Positions 61,599-64,000 of a DNA stretch of 64,000 bases are shown here, in pieces. Every line of letters starts with the position of its first letter. Position 1 is the first letter of the stretch. A model generated the notes under the pieces. It saw only the letters and a list, made by a program, of their open reading frames with translations, had not been told where the DNA came from and ran no database searches. Origin of the DNA: an uncultured delta proteobacterium (GTDB lineage Bacteria > Myxococcota_A > Polyangia > Haliangiales > Haliangiaceae); assembly GCA_963848295.1 (NCBI GenBank), contig CAWKDB010000002.1:1184001-1248000 (forward strand). The letters run 5' to 3'. The position numbers and the translations under genes were made by a program.

Positions 61599-62434
61599 CA
61601 CTCCCCCCGATCCACGTCGCGATGGCGCACGAGGATATCCCAGTCGCCGGCAAGGCGACGGCGAAGCTCCTCGACGACCGCGACCGAACGATGGCGTCCG
61701 CCGGTACAGCCGACGCACACCGTGACGTACAGCTTCCCTTCATGTTGAAACTGCGGCAGCGCGAACTTCAGCAGGCTCTCGACCTTTTCGACCAACACCG
61801 TGCCGTCGCCGTCGAGCACGTACTTCGCGACGTCGGCGTCGCGACCGTCGAGATGCGTCAACGCCGGATCGAAGTAGGGGTTCGGCAGGAACCGCACGTC
61901 GAACACCAGGTTGAACTCGAGCGGCAGGCCGTGCTTGAACCCGAACGACACGAGCGTCACGGCGAGCTTCCCGGTGCCGCCGTAGCGGTCCTGGATGATC
62001 GACTTGAGCTGATGCATGTTGAGGTTCGACGTGTCGATGACCGCGGCGCCCTTGCGCAGCTCGGCCATCAGCTCGCGATCGCGCCGCACGCCGTCGACCA
62101 GGTCGTCGCCGGACAGCGGATGGCGGCGGCGGGTCTCGGAGAACCGGCGGAGCAACGCCGCGTCTTGCGCGTCGAGGAACATCACCTCGAGGCGATGGCC
62201 GGCGCCGCGCAGCTTCGCGAGCGCGTCCTTCCACGCCGACAAGTTGCGGCGCTGGCGCGCATCGATCGCGACGGCGAGCTTGTCGCGATCGCCTTCGTGC
62301 GCGAGGTGATCGACCATGCCGACGAGCAGCGGCAGCGGGATGTTGTCGACGCACGTGTACTCGATGTCCTCGAGCGCGCGTAGCGCCGTGCTCTTGCCCG
62401 CCCCCGACAACCCCGTGACGATGACGATCTGCAT
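61598..62434 (-). CDS. rapZ: RNase adapter RapZ (YhbJ) P-loop protein
   Basis: TGLSGAGKS, DNIP, ETRRRHPL, SFGFKHG, GCTGGRHRSV. Confidence 0.95.
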   Translation of the reverse strand: MQIVIVTGLSGAGKSTALRALEDIEYTCVDNIPLPLLVGMVDHLAHEGDRDKLAVAIDARQRRNLSAWKDALAKLRGAGHRLEVMFLDAQDAALLRRFSETRRRHPLSGDDLVDGVRRDRELMAELRKGAAVIDTSNLNMHQLKSIIQDRYGGTGKLAVTLVSFGFKHGLPLEFNLVFDVRFLPNPYFDPALTHLDGRDADVAKYVLDGDGTVLVEKVESLLKFALPQFQHEGKLYVTVCVGCTGGRHRSVAVVEELRRRLAGDWDILVRHRDVDRGE

Positions 62435-62437
62435 CGC

Positions 62438-63373
62438 CTACTCCACCGCGTCCGCGCCGGATTCTCCGGCCATCGCGCGATCGAGCTGGTCGCGAAACGC
62501 GCGCGCCGAGTGCGTGCCCTGGACCTTGAGCAGCTGGTTGCGCGCCGCGACCTCGATCAACGTCGCGATGTTCCGCCCGGGCCGCACCGGCAAGCGGACC
62601 TTCGGGATCTGGAGATCCACCAGCCGCTCGTACCGGTCGTCGAAGCCGAGCCGATCGTATTCCTCGGCGGAGTCCCACTCGGCGAGCTCGACGACGAGCT
62701 CGATCTTCTTCGCTTCGCGCACCGACGCGATGCCGAACAGATCCTTGACGTTGATGATCCCCAGGCCGCGGATCTCCATGTGGTGACCGAGGATGCCGGC
62801 GCCGCGGCCGGTCAGCTGGCTGTGTTGGCGGCGGATCAGGATGACGTCGTCGGCGACGAGCCGATGGCCACGCACGACGAGATCGAGCGCGGTCTCGCTC
62901 TTGCCGATGCCGCTCTTGCCGACGACGAGCACGCCGATGCCGAGCACGTCGAGCAACACGCCGTGCACTTCGATCGACGGCGCGAGGCGATCCGCCATCC
63001 ACGCGGTGACCGACGCGATGAAGTCGGCGGTGACCAGCGTCGACGTCATCACCGGCACGCCGCGCGCTTCCGCCGCGGCCGTGAGCTCGGCCGGCGGCGC
63101 GAGATTGCGACACACGACCACGCACGCCGGATCGCTTGCGAGCATCGTCTCGATCCCGACGCTGCGCGCGGTAACCGTCGCCGCGAGATACTCGATCTCC
63201 GTCCCGCCCATCACGAGCACTCGACCCGAGTGCAGTTGCTCCGGCCAGCCGGTCAACGCGAGCCCAGGCTTCTGGATCCGCGGCACGGCGATCGTGCGCC
63301 CGAGTCCCGCCAGCCCGGCGACGGCAGTAACGCCCAGCTCCGACCGCTCGAGCAACTCGCCGACCGTGATCAT
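62438..63373 (-). CDS. hprK: HPr kinase/phosphorylase
   Basis: IQKPGLALTG, GKSGIGKSE, LVADD, EIRGLGII, PVRPGRN. Confidence 0.95.
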   Translation of the reverse strand: MITVGELLERSELGVTAVAGLAGLGRTIAVPRIQKPGLALTGWPEQLHSGRVLVMGGTEIEYLAATVTARSVGIETMLASDPACVVVCRNLAPPAELTAAAEARGVPVMTSTLVTADFIASVTAWMADRLAPSIEVHGVLLDVLGIGVLVVGKSGIGKSETALDLVVRGHRLVADDVILIRRQHSQLTGRGAGILGHHMEIRGLGIINVKDLFGIASVREAKKIELVVELAEWDSAEEYDRLGFDDRYERLVDLQIPKVRLPVRPGRNIATLIEVAARNQLLKVQGTHSARAFRDQLDRAMAGESGADAVE

Positions 63374-63375
63374 GC

Positions 63376-63837
63376 TCAGTATTTGGCGTCTTCGTCCGCG
63401 ACGACGGTGTACATGGAGTCGGCGTCGCTTGCCGCGAGCAACCGACGTCGGAACTCGGGATCCTTGAACACGCGGCTGATCCGCGCGAGCGCCTTGAGAT
63501 GCGCGCCGGTCGACGACTCCGGCGCGACCAGCACGAAGAACAGATACGTTGGCTGCCCGTCCATCGAGTCGAAGTCGACGCCGGCGGGCGCGCGGCCCAA
63601 GCAAGCGACGATCTCGCTCACCGAGCTGAGCTTGCCGTGCGGAATCGCCACGCCTTCGCCGATCGCGGTGGACGCCAGCTGCTCGCGCTCGACGAGCACG
63701 CGCGATAGCGTCGCGCGCTCGATCTTCGGCTGACGCTGCGCCATGAACGCTGCCAGCTCTTCGAGAATCCCACGCTTGTCGGTCGACGACAGCGCGGGAA
63801 CGACCATGTCGCGCTTGATCAGATCGACGATCTTCAT
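63376..63837 (-). CDS. ptsN: PTS EIIA-Ntr
   Basis: EREQLASTAIGEGVAIPH, FDSMDGQP, HLKALARISR. Confidence 0.93.
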   Translation of the reverse strand: MKIVDLIKRDMVVPALSSTDKRGILEELAAFMAQRQPKIERATLSRVLVEREQLASTAIGEGVAIPHGKLSSVSEIVACLGRAPAGVDFDSMDGQPTYLFFVLVAPESSTGAHLKALARISRVFKDPEFRRRLLAASDADSMYTVVADEDAKY

Positions 63838-63880
63838 CGGCCCGGAATGACCCTACCACGGCGCGCCGGAGGTTTCCTGT

Positions 63881-64000
63881 CTAGGACGGCGCGCTAGGGG
63901 TCTCGATCAAGCCGTAGTTGCCGTCCTCGCGCTTATAGACGACCGCGACGCGTCCGTCGGTGTCGCTGCGAAATACGAGGAACGGCTCGTGCAGCAGGTT
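63881..64000 (-). CDS. hpf: 3' end of a long-form ribosome hibernation promoting factor (partial)
   Basis: ...[27 protein letters not shown]...*; usual position upstream of ptsN. Confidence 0.85.
   Translation of the reverse strand, partial: NLLHEPFLVFRSDTDGRVAVVYKREDGNYGLIETPSAPS

Overview
High-GC bacterial chromosomal window with a myxobacterial (Haliangiales/Kofleriaceae-like) character; the taxon is inferred from the several eukaryote-like Ser/Thr kinases, sigma54 activators and Cys-rich lipoproteins. It holds about 55 genes. These include an orphan imuB-like gene with a candidate LexA box, tsaE, sodC, tandem DsbA, an M1 peptidase, a TolC/2xMFP/CzcA-type RND pump, two sigma54 enhancer-binding proteins, a variant cytochrome c maturation operon (CxxxY CcmE, CcmF fused to a CcmH-like domain, extra genes), moaA, an orphan Dam-family methylase, a divergent EF-G paralog, an orphan GspD secretin and the hpf-ptsN-hprK-rapZ-ptsH-ptsI operon. 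No tRNA, rRNA, CRISPR array or transposase was recognised. The most striking signal is at least two families of small twin-hairpin DNA elements whose copies covary in their stems. They sit in frame inside unrelated protein genes: a 51-bp family in a CBM9-like protein, twice in a sigma54 activator and (shortened) in ccmA; an 81-bp family inside tsaE and as an intergenic tandem pair. A third ~330-bp structured element occurs as an inverted pair flanking a small ORF. Many genes have a -10 box 6-9 nt before the start codon, suggesting leaderless mRNAs. Several single-base frameshifts, including one in normally essential tsaE, suggest assembly indels.
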